64,000 bases of DNA. Origin: Candidatus Bathyarchaeota archaeon (GTDB lineage Archaea; Thermoproteota; Bathyarchaeia; TCS64). Below, in pieces: positions 40,990-50,042 of this stretch. Location: contig CAVYVF010000023.1 of assembly GCA_963771885.1 (NCBI GenBank), positions 576,001 through 640,000 of the forward strand, in the 5' to 3' direction. The translations under genes and the position numbers were made by a program. Position 1 is the first letter of the stretch, and each line of letters begins with the position of its first letter. Below the pieces are notes generated by a model that was not told the DNA's origin, ran no database searches, and saw only the letters and a program-made list of their open reading frames with translations.

Positions 40990-42132
40990 CTACCTGTCCG
41001 ACTCGAAGACTTGCCCCGCTCCGCGTAGCAGGTTCCTTATGGGCAGGTGCTGAGGGCACAGTTCCTCGCATCGCCCGCAGCTCACGCAGTTCTTCGCGTA
41101 CTGCTCCTTCTTGAGCTGTGAGGCATACTTCGTCTTGACGGCGTTGTCCCTGTCCTTCATGTAGTACTCGTTGAAGAGGCTGAATATCTCGGGTATTGCG
41201 ACACCACTCGGGCAGGGTGTGCAGTACCTGCAGCCCGTGCAGCCGACGAAGCCCATCTCCCTGTACTTCTTTGCCACTTGGTCGACAAGCTTTAGGTCCT
41301 CTTTGGTGAGCTTGCCGACTCCGCTTCGCCCCGCCGCCTTGACGTTCTCGACGGTCTGCTCCATGTTGCTCATACCGCTGAGAACGAGGCTGACCTCAGG
41401 GTGGTTCCAGACCCACTGGAGTGCCCACTCGGCCGGCTTCCACCTGTGGTGTCCCTCCCTCCAGAGTGCCTTTATTGGTGCTGGGGGCTCGATGGCGAGG
41501 CGTCCTCCAGCGATGGGCTCCATGATGACTACTGCGAGCCCCTTCTTCGCCGCGTACTTGAGGCCCTCTGTGCCTGCCTGGTAGCCTGTGTCCATGTAGT
41601 TGTACTGAATCTGGCAGAAGTCCCAATCGCGGTAGTCAACTATCTCCTTGAAGAGGGGGAGCTCGTCGTGGAAGCTGAATCCGAGGTGCCTTATCTTGCC
41701 CTCCGCGAGTTTCTTCTCGGCCCACTCGAAGACGCCGAGGTCTCTGACGACGCCCCAGCGCTCCACCCTAAGCCCGTGGAGGAGGTAGAAGTCTATATGG
41801 TCAGTCTGGAGCTTCTGGAGTTGCTCCTGGAAGTACTTGTCGAAGTCCTCCGCCTTGTTAATGAGCCAGCAGGGCATCTTGGTTGCGAGCTTCACTTTCT
41901 CCCTGTAACCATCCCTCAGGGCCTTACCGACGACTATCTCGCTCTGCCCCTTGTGGTAGGGATAGGCTGAGTCGACGTAGTTGACGCCGTTGTCGATGGC
42001 GTATCTGATCATCTTGATCGCTTGGGGCTCATCGATCTTCGCAGTGTCACCGCCGATGATGGGGAGCCTCATCGCGCCGAAGCCGAGCGCCGATGGCTCA
42101 TATTCGAGCCTGCCGAACTTTCTGTACTTCAT
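40990..42132 (-). CDS. Aldo/keto reductase with C-terminal 4Fe-4S motifs
   Basis: LGFGAMRLP, DSAYPYH, YLLHGL, CTGCRYCTPCP, CVSCGRCEELCPQ. Confidence 0.92.
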   Translation of the reverse strand: MKYRKFGRLEYEPSALGFGAMRLPIIGGDTAKIDEPQAIKMIRYAIDNGVNYVDSAYPYHKGQSEIVVGKALRDGYREKVKLATKMPCWLINKAEDFDKYFQEQLQKLQTDHIDFYLLHGLRVERWGVVRDLGVFEWAEKKLAEGKIRHLGFSFHDELPLFKEIVDYRDWDFCQIQYNYMDTGYQAGTEGLKYAAKKGLAVVIMEPIAGGRLAIEPPAPIKALWREGHHRWKPAEWALQWVWNHPEVSLVLSGMSNMEQTVENVKAAGRSGVGKLTKEDLKLVDQVAKKYREMGFVGCTGCRYCTPCPSGVAIPEIFSLFNEYYMKDRDNAVKTKYASQLKKEQYAKNCVSCGRCEELCPQHLPIRNLLRGAGQVFESDR

Positions 42133-42240
42133 ATTTGGGCACCAGAACAAGGGTTGCAGGGGAGCAGGCGCTTATAGGATTTCCCTCGCATATGGACGTC
42201 TTTTTATCGTCAATACAACGCTATCCTTTTACGATCCGAG

Positions 42241-43306
42241 ATGGAATCCGAGAGGTACGACCGCATACTTGCAGTAATGAATCGCAAGGTCCCTGACCGC
42301 GTCCCCTGGGCGCTCTGGGGCCACTTCCCCGCTTGTAAGTGGCTTAACGGCTACAGCTGGGAGAAGACGCTCCGCGACGGCGAGGAGTCTGCCAAGGCGC
42401 ACATGGCGCTGCTCCGCGAGCTCGACTACAACATGGACCTGCTCAAGGTCACGCCCTACTACCGCTTCATGGCGATGCAGTGGGGGAGTAAGTTCGAGTT
42501 CATAAACAACGAGGAGGAGGCTCCCACTAAGGAGGTCATAGTAAAGAAGACGAAGGATTGGGAGAAGCTCTGGGTCCTCGACCCTAGGAAAGAGCTACGA
42601 GAGTTCGTTAGGTGCAACGAGATACTTGCCCGCGACCTGAGGCGTGTGCCCTTCATCTACACTATCCCAAGCCCAATAATCCAAGCGATGAACGGTGTCT
42701 CAACACCCGATCAGGTCCTTAAGGATATGAAGGAGAACCCCGACGCCCTTAAGCAAGGGCTCGAGACGATCACGCAGACGACGATTGACTTCGCAAAGGC
42801 GTGTGTCGACGCTGGCGCGTCGGGTATCTTTTTCGGCATCGGAGGCGGTGGCCGCATCTGGAAAGCGCTCGATAAGATACAGCTCGAGAATTACGCCCTA
42901 GGCTACGACAAGAGGGTGCTCGACGCAGTAAAGTGCCCGATCAAGCTTATGCATATGTGTAGCACATCCGCGGGCAATCCAGAGAAGCTGATGGAGGAGG
43001 GTTGGTTCAAGAACTACCCCGTTGACGCAATCAACTGGGCGAGCCACAGCTGGACTTCAGTCAAGAAGGGCAAGGAGCTGTATGGGGACAAGTTCTGCAT
43101 CTGTGGCGGGCTCGACCACGAGGCTGTGCTCCTGAAAGGGACACCAAAGCAGGTCGAAGATGCGGTGAAGAAGGCGATCGATGACTGCGCTGAGGGCGGC
43201 GGCTTCATGCTTGGTCCAGGCTGCACAGTCTACTCAGGATACCCCCATCGCCAACTACAACGCTGTCGGCAGGGCGGTCTGGAAATACGGCGCCTACAAG
43301 AAGTAG
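42241..43306 (+). CDS. Uroporphyrinogen decarboxylase-like (URO-D/MtaA superfamily) protein; frameshift near 43235
   Basis: PDRVP, LMHMC, ICGGLD, GTPKQV, GGFMLGPGC. Confidence 0.82.
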
Positions 43307-43452
43307 GCTCGCAACAGCCCCCTTTCAACAACTATTCCCCCTAGAATGGATTGTCCCAAGAACGGAACCGAATTTGGGACAGTCTCATTAAAGGACACAC
43401 TTTTAAGCCCTAAGCCTAATTCCTACCCAGACTAGTTTCTGAAGGGAGCAGG

Positions 43453-44067
43453 GTGGCGGACGACCTCAAGCTGAAGGGCCCAGTAAGGGAGATCGGCATC
43501 ATTCGGGACAAGGACAGGCACGACTCCTTCAACATCACCATCGGGATCACGATAAAGACCGAGGGGAAGGTCACCTACGAGGAGGCGGAGCGCATATCCA
43601 CAAAGTTCCGTCGCGAGTACCTCGGAAAGGACGTCGAGTTCCGCGCGATACACATACCCTGCCCGCACTGCAAAAAGATAGTTAACAGTGAGACGGGGCT
43701 CAAGCAGCACATATTAAAGATTCACCCGGAGAAGGCGGAGTTGCTCACTCCTCCCAAGGTGGCGGCGAAGGTAGAGGAGCCGAAGAAGAAGACCCGTGGT
43801 AGAAAAGCTGAGAAGCCTGTCAAGAAGGTCACTAAGAGTAAGGCTCGCGCGACGAAGCGAGTTAAAACGGCCAAGTCTAAAGCGGTGAATGCCAAGGCGG
43901 AACCTGCGTTGAAGAAGATGCGTTCGCCCCCGAAGGTGGAGGTACCAGTGCCCATCAAGCGCAAGGTGAAATCTGAGTTAAATAAACCAGCGCCTTCACT
44001 CAGGGAACCCACTGCGAAGACACGATCCAAGACTCCGCAGAAAGCTAGGCAGTTAACCCTCGCCTAG
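43453..44067 (+). CDS. C2H2 zinc-finger protein with Lys-rich low-complexity tail
   Basis: CPHCKKIVNSETGLKQHILKIH, then about 100 aa rich in K/A/P/R. Confidence 0.75.
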   Translation: MADDLKLKGPVREIGIIRDKDRHDSFNITIGITIKTEGKVTYEEAERISTKFRREYLGKDVEFRAIHIPCPHCKKIVNSETGLKQHILKIHPEKAELLTPPKVAAKVEEPKKKTRGRKAEKPVKKVTKSKARATKRVKTAKSKAVNAKAEPALKKMRSPPKVEVPVPIKRKVKSELNKPAPSLREPTAKTRSKTPQKARQLTLA

Positions 44068-44093
44068 ATATCCGATAATTCTCGCTCTGAAAA

Positions 44094-45557
44094 TTACTTC
44101 TTATCCGTGATGGAGAGAAGCACCGTCACCACCAACGAAAGTGGTATGCTCACTATTCCCGGATTTTCCAATGGGAATATGGCGCCTGCACCCATCACCG
44201 TCGGGCTGATTAAGATGAGCAACGTGGATGACACGAGCCCGGTCCATATTCCCGCCACGATGCCCCGCTCCTTCGCCCCCTTCCAGAATATCGTGCACAG
44301 GAGCGCTGGAAGATTCGCGGAAGCTGCGATGGCAAAAGCGAGCCCAACGAGGAAGGCGACGTTCTGGCCTTTCGCAACTATTCCGAGGATTATAGCCAGG
44401 ATTCCCACGCCTACCGCGGTCATCTTCGACATTCGGAGCGTCGCTGCATCGCTTCTCTCGTTACCGAGGTACTCCGTATAGATGTCGTGGGCGATGGCAC
44501 CAGCAGCCGCCATGATGAGTCCCGCAACTGTCCCTAGGATGGTCGCGAAGGCTATGCTGCTTATGAAGGCGAAGAATAGCTCACCACCTATGAAGTTCGC
44601 CAGCAGCGGGGCGGACAGGTTCTGGTTCGTCGCGTCGTAGGTCCTGAAATAGTTCGCGCCAAGCCCGAGGAAGAGGGTGAGGACATAGAAGACACCGATT
44701 GCGCCAATGGCGATGACCGTCGACTTTCGAGCGTCTGCCGGCGTTGGTACGGTGTAGTACCTGATGAGGACGTGGGGCAAGGCCGCAGTCCCGAGGATGA
44801 GTCCCAAGGCGAGGCTCGCAAAGTCGATTGGGTTCTTGTACTTCAGTCCCGGCGAGAGGAAGACATCGCCGCTCACCGTCGCCCCATTAGGGAGCAGGAC
44901 GGTGGAGTCGAGTATGCTTGAGATGAAGCCGACGGGGTCCTTGCCTGCCATGATAAGTACCCCAATCGTCAGCCCTAGGGCGGCGAGAAGGAGCAGGAAC
45001 CCCTTGATGAACTGCACGTAGGTTGTTGATACCATCCCTGCGGTCGCGACTATTAATATGACGAGGGCGCCGACAATCACGACTCCTACTTCATACTGCA
45101 AGCCTAACAGTGGTTGGACGATGCTGCCTGCCCCCACGATCTGGGGGATGAGATAGAATATGCTGACGACGAGTGTGCTCACCGCGGCGGCGAGCCTAAC
45201 CCTCTTGCTCTTGAAGACGCTCACTAGGGCGTCGCCAAAGGTGTACTTACCCATTCTGCGCAGAGGCTCAGCCACGAGAAGCAGAGCCACGACCCAGCCT
45301 GCGAGGAAACCGATGCTGTACATGAAGCCGTCGAAGCCAGAGAACGCGATCAGCCCAGCTATCCCAAGGAAACTCGCTGCGCTCAGGTAGTCACCCGCGA
45401 AGGCTATACCGTTCATCAGCCACTTGACGCCGCCTCCTGCGACGTAGTAATGGCTCGAGGTCTTCACCCGCCGGGCTGCCCAGAAGCTTATGCCGAGGGT
45501 AACGCCGACGATGACTGCGAATAGCAGGAAGGCAAGGGGCTGGAAAGCATACTGCAT
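44094..45557 (-). CDS. actP: Cation/acetate symporter (SSS family)
   Basis: NGIAFAGDYLSAASFLG, AEPLRRMGKYT, GTAALPHVLIRYYTVP, AASANLP. Confidence 0.92.
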   Translation of the reverse strand: MQYAFQPLAFLLFAVIVGVTLGISFWAARRVKTSSHYYVAGGGVKWLMNGIAFAGDYLSAASFLGIAGLIAFSGFDGFMYSIGFLAGWVVALLLVAEPLRRMGKYTFGDALVSVFKSKRVRLAAAVSTLVVSIFYLIPQIVGAGSIVQPLLGLQYEVGVVIVGALVILIVATAGMVSTTYVQFIKGFLLLLAALGLTIGVLIMAGKDPVGFISSILDSTVLLPNGATVSGDVFLSPGLKYKNPIDFASLALGLILGTAALPHVLIRYYTVPTPADARKSTVIAIGAIGVFYVLTLFLGLGANYFRTYDATNQNLSAPLLANFIGGELFFAFISSIAFATILGTVAGLIMAAAGAIAHDIYTEYLGNERSDAATLRMSKMTAVGVGILAIILGIVAKGQNVAFLVGLAFAIAASANLPALLCTIFWKGAKERGIVAGIWTGLVSSTLLILISPTVMGAGAIFPLENPGIVSIPLSLVVTVLLSITDKK

Positions 45558-45827
45558 CTAGTCTTCCTCCATTTTCCCCGCGAACCAGTTGTATAGGACG
45601 GCGATCAGGATCGCAGAGATGATTATCACCATTCCGCTCACGATCCCGAGGTTGAGACCCCAGATTCTGATCATCAGCACCCCTTTGAAGAAGGTTCCCG
45701 CCAGCGTGAAGAGGACATAGCCGACGATGTAAACGGCAAAGAGGATCAGACCCAGCCTGAACTTGCGCTTCTCGGCTTCACGCCGATCCATGGAGTCACT
45801 TAGACGGTCATTAGCCATACAATTCAC
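45558..45827 (-). CDS. DUF485 (YjcH-like) small membrane partner of ActP
   Basis: Two TM helices, GLNLGI, directly upstream of actP. Confidence 0.82.
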   Translation of the reverse strand: MNCMANDRLSDSMDRREAEKRKFRLGLILFAVYIVGYVLFTLAGTFFKGVLMIRIWGLNLGIVSGMVIIISAILIAVLYNWFAGKMEED

Positions 45828-46006
45828 CGTAAAGAGAGTAAATACACTAAAGACCCTCTATCGCGAGTGTCGCGGTTATAGAACTTTCTCCATCAGGTTA
45901 TCCCGACAGTTTCGTACCCAATTTGAGCCACATCGTGGCTACCAAGAAATGGGATGCCCTTTGAACTACCTTAAATCTAAAGACGACAATGTGAATATCG
46001 AGGACA

Positions 46007-46468
46007 ATGTTCGACCCCGTTTTCAGCAAGGTACTAGTAGCCTACGACGGCTCCGAGCCCTCTAAGAGGGCGCTAGACCACGCCGCCAAGATGGCAGCCA
46101 TGTTCGAGGGGGAACTAGCCATACTCACTGTCGTGCCGAAGGTGTCGATACCCGTTTACTCAAACGCTGAGCTCGGCGCGCAAGCGATGGACATCGCCAG
46201 CCTACAGGACAGGATGCGTGAGAACTACAGCCAATCCATGAAGAAGGCCGAGGAGGAGATCAAGGGCCTATACCCCCACCTGAAGGTCGAGACGATCCTG
46301 CAGGAGGGGCGTCCAGCCTCGCTTATTGTCTCAGAGGCGGACCGGCTCGGAGTCAGCCTCATAGTGATGGGGAGCAGGGGATTAGGCGGCATCAGCGGCT
46401 GGATACTCGGAAGCACGAGTCGACAGGTGGTCGACCTCTGCACGAAGGGCATCCTCATCGTCAAGTAG
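46007..46468 (+). CDS. Universal stress protein
   Basis: VLVAYDGSEPS, LIVMGSRG, LGSTS. Confidence 0.93.
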   Translation: MFDPVFSKVLVAYDGSEPSKRALDHAAKMAAMFEGELAILTVVPKVSIPVYSNAELGAQAMDIASLQDRMRENYSQSMKKAEEEIKGLYPHLKVETILQEGRPASLIVSEADRLGVSLIVMGSRGLGGISGWILGSTSRQVVDLCTKGILIVK

Positions 46469-46539
46469 TCTTTTTTTTCGTCTCGGCGTGTCTACGGCAA
46501 CCTTTAATCCCCTCGCCGGGGGATACATTACGAAAACCG

Positions 46540-47868
46540 ATGGTCCTTGAGAAGTTAGGCTCCAGCCTCTACGACGCACTGCGCAAGGTCATAAAGGCGC
46601 CAGTAGTGGACGAGGCACTCGTCAAGGAACTAATCAAGGACTTCCAACGCGCTCTACTGCAGGCTGACGTGAACGTCGCTCTCGTCATGCAGCTCAGCCA
46701 GAACATCGAGAAGAGGGCGTTAAACGAGGAGCTGCCGCCCGGCATCAGCCGCCGTGAACATATAGTCAAGGTCGTCTATGACGAGCTGACCAAGTTCGTG
46801 GGAGAGAAGCAGGAGGACATAAAGATCCAGCCAGGGCGCCAGAATATCATCATGCTCATTGGCATACAGGGCTCCGGCAAGACGACGACGGCGGGGAAGC
46901 TCGCCCGATACTATCAGAAGAGAGGCCTCAAGACGGGTCTCATCACCTGTGACACCTTCCGCCCCGGCGCCTACAACCAGCTCAAGCAATTATCGGAGCA
47001 GATTAAGGTCGATTTCTACGGCGAACCCGACTCCAAGGACCCCGTCTCAGTCGCCAAGCACGGCGCGGAGCGCTTCAAGGGCTACGAGGTCGTTATTCTA
47101 GACACCTCGGGGCGTCACAAGGAAGAGAAGGGGCTCATCGAGGAGATGCAGCAGATTGCCGCAGCCGTCCAGCCTCAGGAGATAGTGCTCGTACTCGACG
47201 GCACAATCGGCCAGCAGGCATCCGCTCAGGCTCAGGCCTTCAAGGAGGCGACGCCCATCGGTAGTATCATCGTCTCCAAGCTCGACGGGACCGCGAGAGG
47301 CGGCGGAGCTCTCAGCGGAGTAGCCGCGACTGGCGCACCCATCAAGTTCATCGGTACTGGTGAGAAGATTGAGGACATCGAGCCATTCGCCCCAAGCCGC
47401 TTCGTCGGGCGCCTCCTAGGTATGGGCGACATTGACGGACTCGTCGCCAAGGTCAAGGAAGCCGAGATACAGCCATCGGAGAAAGACATCCGTCAGATGA
47501 TGAGCGGCAAGTTCAGCCTTCAGGACATGTACGACCAGTTCGAGGCGATGAGCAAGATGGGCCCCCTCCAAAAGGTCCTCGGCATGATCCCCGGCATGAG
47601 TTACCAACTCCCCGAAGCTGACATGGAGAAGGCAGAGGAGCGCCTCGATAAGTGGAAGGTCATAATCAGAAGCATGACCATCGAAGAGAAGGAAGACCCC
47701 AAGGTCATTAACTCAAGCCGTATGAAGCGTATAGCTCGCGGCTCAGGCACATCGGAGGCGGACGTGAGGGAGCTAATCAAGAATCACGAGAACATGAAGA
47801 AAATGTTCAAGCAGATGAAGGGGAACCGCCGTCTCAGAAACATGCCGTTCAAGATGCTACAGCGATAG
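46540..47868 (+). CDS. srp54: Signal recognition particle protein SRP54
   Basis: GIQGSGKTTT, DTFRPGA, DTSGRH, KLDGTARGGG, Met-rich M domain. Confidence 0.97.
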   Translation: MVLEKLGSSLYDALRKVIKAPVVDEALVKELIKDFQRALLQADVNVALVMQLSQNIEKRALNEELPPGISRREHIVKVVYDELTKFVGEKQEDIKIQPGRQNIIMLIGIQGSGKTTTAGKLARYYQKRGLKTGLITCDTFRPGAYNQLKQLSEQIKVDFYGEPDSKDPVSVAKHGAERFKGYEVVILDTSGRHKEEKGLIEEMQQIAAAVQPQEIVLVLDGTIGQQASAQAQAFKEATPIGSIIVSKLDGTARGGGALSGVAATGAPIKFIGTGEKIEDIEPFAPSRFVGRLLGMGDIDGLVAKVKEAEIQPSEKDIRQMMSGKFSLQDMYDQFEAMSKMGPLQKVLGMIPGMSYQLPEADMEKAEERLDKWKVIIRSMTIEEKEDPKVINSSRMKRIARGSGTSEADVRELIKNHENMKKMFKQMKGNRRLRNMPFKMLQR

Positions 47869-47871
47869 TGG

Positions 47872-49761
47872 CTACCTGATGAGACCCCTGGGCTCCAGCT
47901 TCTCTATTACTTCGGGGAGACCGATCTCCTCTAGAGTGCTTTTCTTCTGCAGCCCCGTATCAATGTCCCAGCCCTGCAGGGTGTAGTACTCGTCAAGCAT
48001 CCTCTCCCATATCCCGTGGTCGATGCGCGCTCCTTGATACGGGCCCGACTTGACAGGCTCCTCCCAGAACCTCTTCGGCGGGTAGTCGTCCCTCCGAGTA
48101 AAGCCTCCGTGGAGTGCGTTGAAAGCTTTCTCGAGGTTGTTGACCCTCCTCCCTATCTCCATAAATCGGTCGACGGGGAGGTTCATCCCCGTGAGGCTGG
48201 TGGCTAGCTCGCATAAGTACCTAGCCGCGTCAGGGGAGGCCTTGCTCTCCCATGACAGGAGGCCGTTGTTGTAGAGGCATGTTCCCGTCATATCGACTAT
48301 CGCCTTCGCCTGCTCCTGCATGTAGACACTACGTGGGACGCCCTCGTAACTGAGGAACTCCTCAGGAGTGAAGCTGTGCGTTGCGCCTCTTAGGTGGCGA
48401 CCAGCCGCGGGTGAGGTTACGACGCCGAAGCCCCACCCCTTCGATATGCGGACGCCGTCGACCGTGTCCTGGCCCTTGATATGCAGCGCGAACTCCTCTG
48501 AACCCTTGCCCAGCTTCTCAGCCGCCACCTTGACTCCGTCAGCGAGGAAGTCTCCGAAGCCCTCGCGGTACGCTATCTTGTCGATGAGGGCGAGGACGGC
48601 GTCGTGGTTACCCCACGTTAGCTCCAAGCCATCCGTATCCTCCTTCGTCAGCAGTCTCTTCTCGTAGCACTCGAATGCCCAAGCGATTGCTACAGAGACA
48701 TTGTCGCCGTCAAGACCAAGCTGGTTTGTCCGAAGGTGCGCCTTTATTGCGGCTTCAGGATTCGTACAGTCGACGCGTGTGCAGAAGCTGTTGCTGCTGT
48801 TGTTCCACCATCCCTCACCCTCGGCGCCATAAGGGCCGTCGGGGACGAGCATCCAGGGCATGCATCCGACTGGGCAACCATAGCAAGCGAGTATTTTAGT
48901 CCTGTACTTCTTCATAGCGTCTCCTGAGACGAGTTTGATCTTCTCGGGGTCCCAGTAGTCATCCTGCCCGTTCCTAACGGGGCGAAAGCCAGCTTCCCAG
49001 GCGGGGCTCCCGAGGGGGCTCTCGACACCGTAGTAGCCGTCTTGGCGGTACTTCGCCGCCTTTGGGAACTGCTCTATCTTGGCGCGGGCTGCATCGACCG
49101 CCTTGAGGTACCTTTCGGGCTCAGCTATTGCTATAGACTGTGTGCCTCTGGCGGCGATCGCCTTCAAGTTCTTTGAGCCCATTACGGCGCCGACGCCGGA
49201 GCCCCCCGCCGCCTTAGCCCTGTCCGAGATGATGCAGGCATGCTTTACCTGGTTCTCCCCCGCGGGGCCGATGCCGATTACACGTATTTCGTCGTCGTTG
49301 TGCTCTGCTCTTATGGCGCGCTCAGTCTCCCACGTAGTCTTCCCCCAGACGCCGTCCGCATCTCGTAGCTCCGCCTCGCCCTCGTTAAGCCAGAGGTAGA
49401 CGGGCTCCTCAGCGCGTCCAGTGACGACGAGGGTATCGAAGCCCGCATACTTCATCTCGGCGCCGAAGTGACCGCCACAGTTGGCGGAGCCGACGCCTCC
49501 AGTGAATGCGTTCTTCGTGTCGATGGACACTCGGCTGCCGAACGGGGAGAGTGTCCCGACAAGGGGACCGACGCCGAAGAGTAACATGTTCGCTGGGTCT
49601 AGCGGTTTCACGGCTGGGTCCAACTCGTTGAATAGTATCCACGCGTTGATGCCCCTGCCCCCGACGAACCTCTCCGCGTACCTCGCCGTTGGCTCGACGG
49701 TGAGGGTTGCGCTGGTCAGGTTGACGCGGAGCAGTTTGCCACCATAGCCCGGGTGTCTCAC
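47872..49761 (-). CDS. Tungsten-dependent aldehyde:ferredoxin oxidoreductase family protein
   Basis: GYGGKLLRVNLT, GGRG, IGPAGEN, GAVMGSKNLKA, CYGCPVGC, LGLD, EYY..QGWD; GTG start at 49761. Confidence 0.92.
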   Translation of the reverse strand: MRHPGYGGKLLRVNLTSATLTVEPTARYAERFVGGRGINAWILFNELDPAVKPLDPANMLLFGVGPLVGTLSPFGSRVSIDTKNAFTGGVGSANCGGHFGAEMKYAGFDTLVVTGRAEEPVYLWLNEGEAELRDADGVWGKTTWETERAIRAEHNDDEIRVIGIGPAGENQVKHACIISDRAKAAGGSGVGAVMGSKNLKAIAARGTQSIAIAEPERYLKAVDAARAKIEQFPKAAKYRQDGYYGVESPLGSPAWEAGFRPVRNGQDDYWDPEKIKLVSGDAMKKYRTKILACYGCPVGCMPWMLVPDGPYGAEGEGWWNNSSNSFCTRVDCTNPEAAIKAHLRTNQLGLDGDNVSVAIAWAFECYEKRLLTKEDTDGLELTWGNHDAVLALIDKIAYREGFGDFLADGVKVAAEKLGKGSEEFALHIKGQDTVDGVRISKGWGFGVVTSPAAGRHLRGATHSFTPEEFLSYEGVPRSVYMQEQAKAIVDMTGTCLYNNGLLSWESKASPDAARYLCELATSLTGMNLPVDRFMEIGRRVNNLEKAFNALHGGFTRRDDYPPKRFWEEPVKSGPYQGARIDHGIWERMLDEYYTLQGWDIDTGLQKKSTLEEIGLPEVIEKLEPRGLIR

Positions 49762-49998
49762 TGTGCGACCCTCCTCGCGCCGTATGCACAGTACTTTACA
49801 CAGAGCGGCACTTCCTCTCCCACGCATAGGTCGCAGGTCGAGTCGATACTCATCGTTATTCTTCGCGGAGTCGTTGTCCCTGTGTATGCGTGTGCTGGTC
49901 AAGGAGGGGTTGAATGCATTATGCCCTGTCTTGTGGAGGGAGCAAGCCGCCTCGCATAGCCTGCAGCCCTTGCAGCGGGTTGGGTCAAGGAGCATCAA
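49758..49998 (-). CDS. Small 4Fe-4S protein (frameshift near 49858 fuses it artificially to AOR)
   Basis: CKGCRLCEAACS; alternative frame CDLC...PLCVKYCAYGA ending in a TGA that overlaps the AOR GTG. Confidence 0.8.
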
Positions 49999-50042
49999 CG
50001 GGATTCTAGAGAAAAGCGTCCTGGCGGTAGATGAACCTGTGC

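Noticed and set aside
47872..49998. Apparent ferredoxin-AOR fusion (708 aa)
   Set aside because: The alternative frame completes a separate Fe-S protein ending at a TGA that overlaps the AOR GTG; the fusion is an indel artefact
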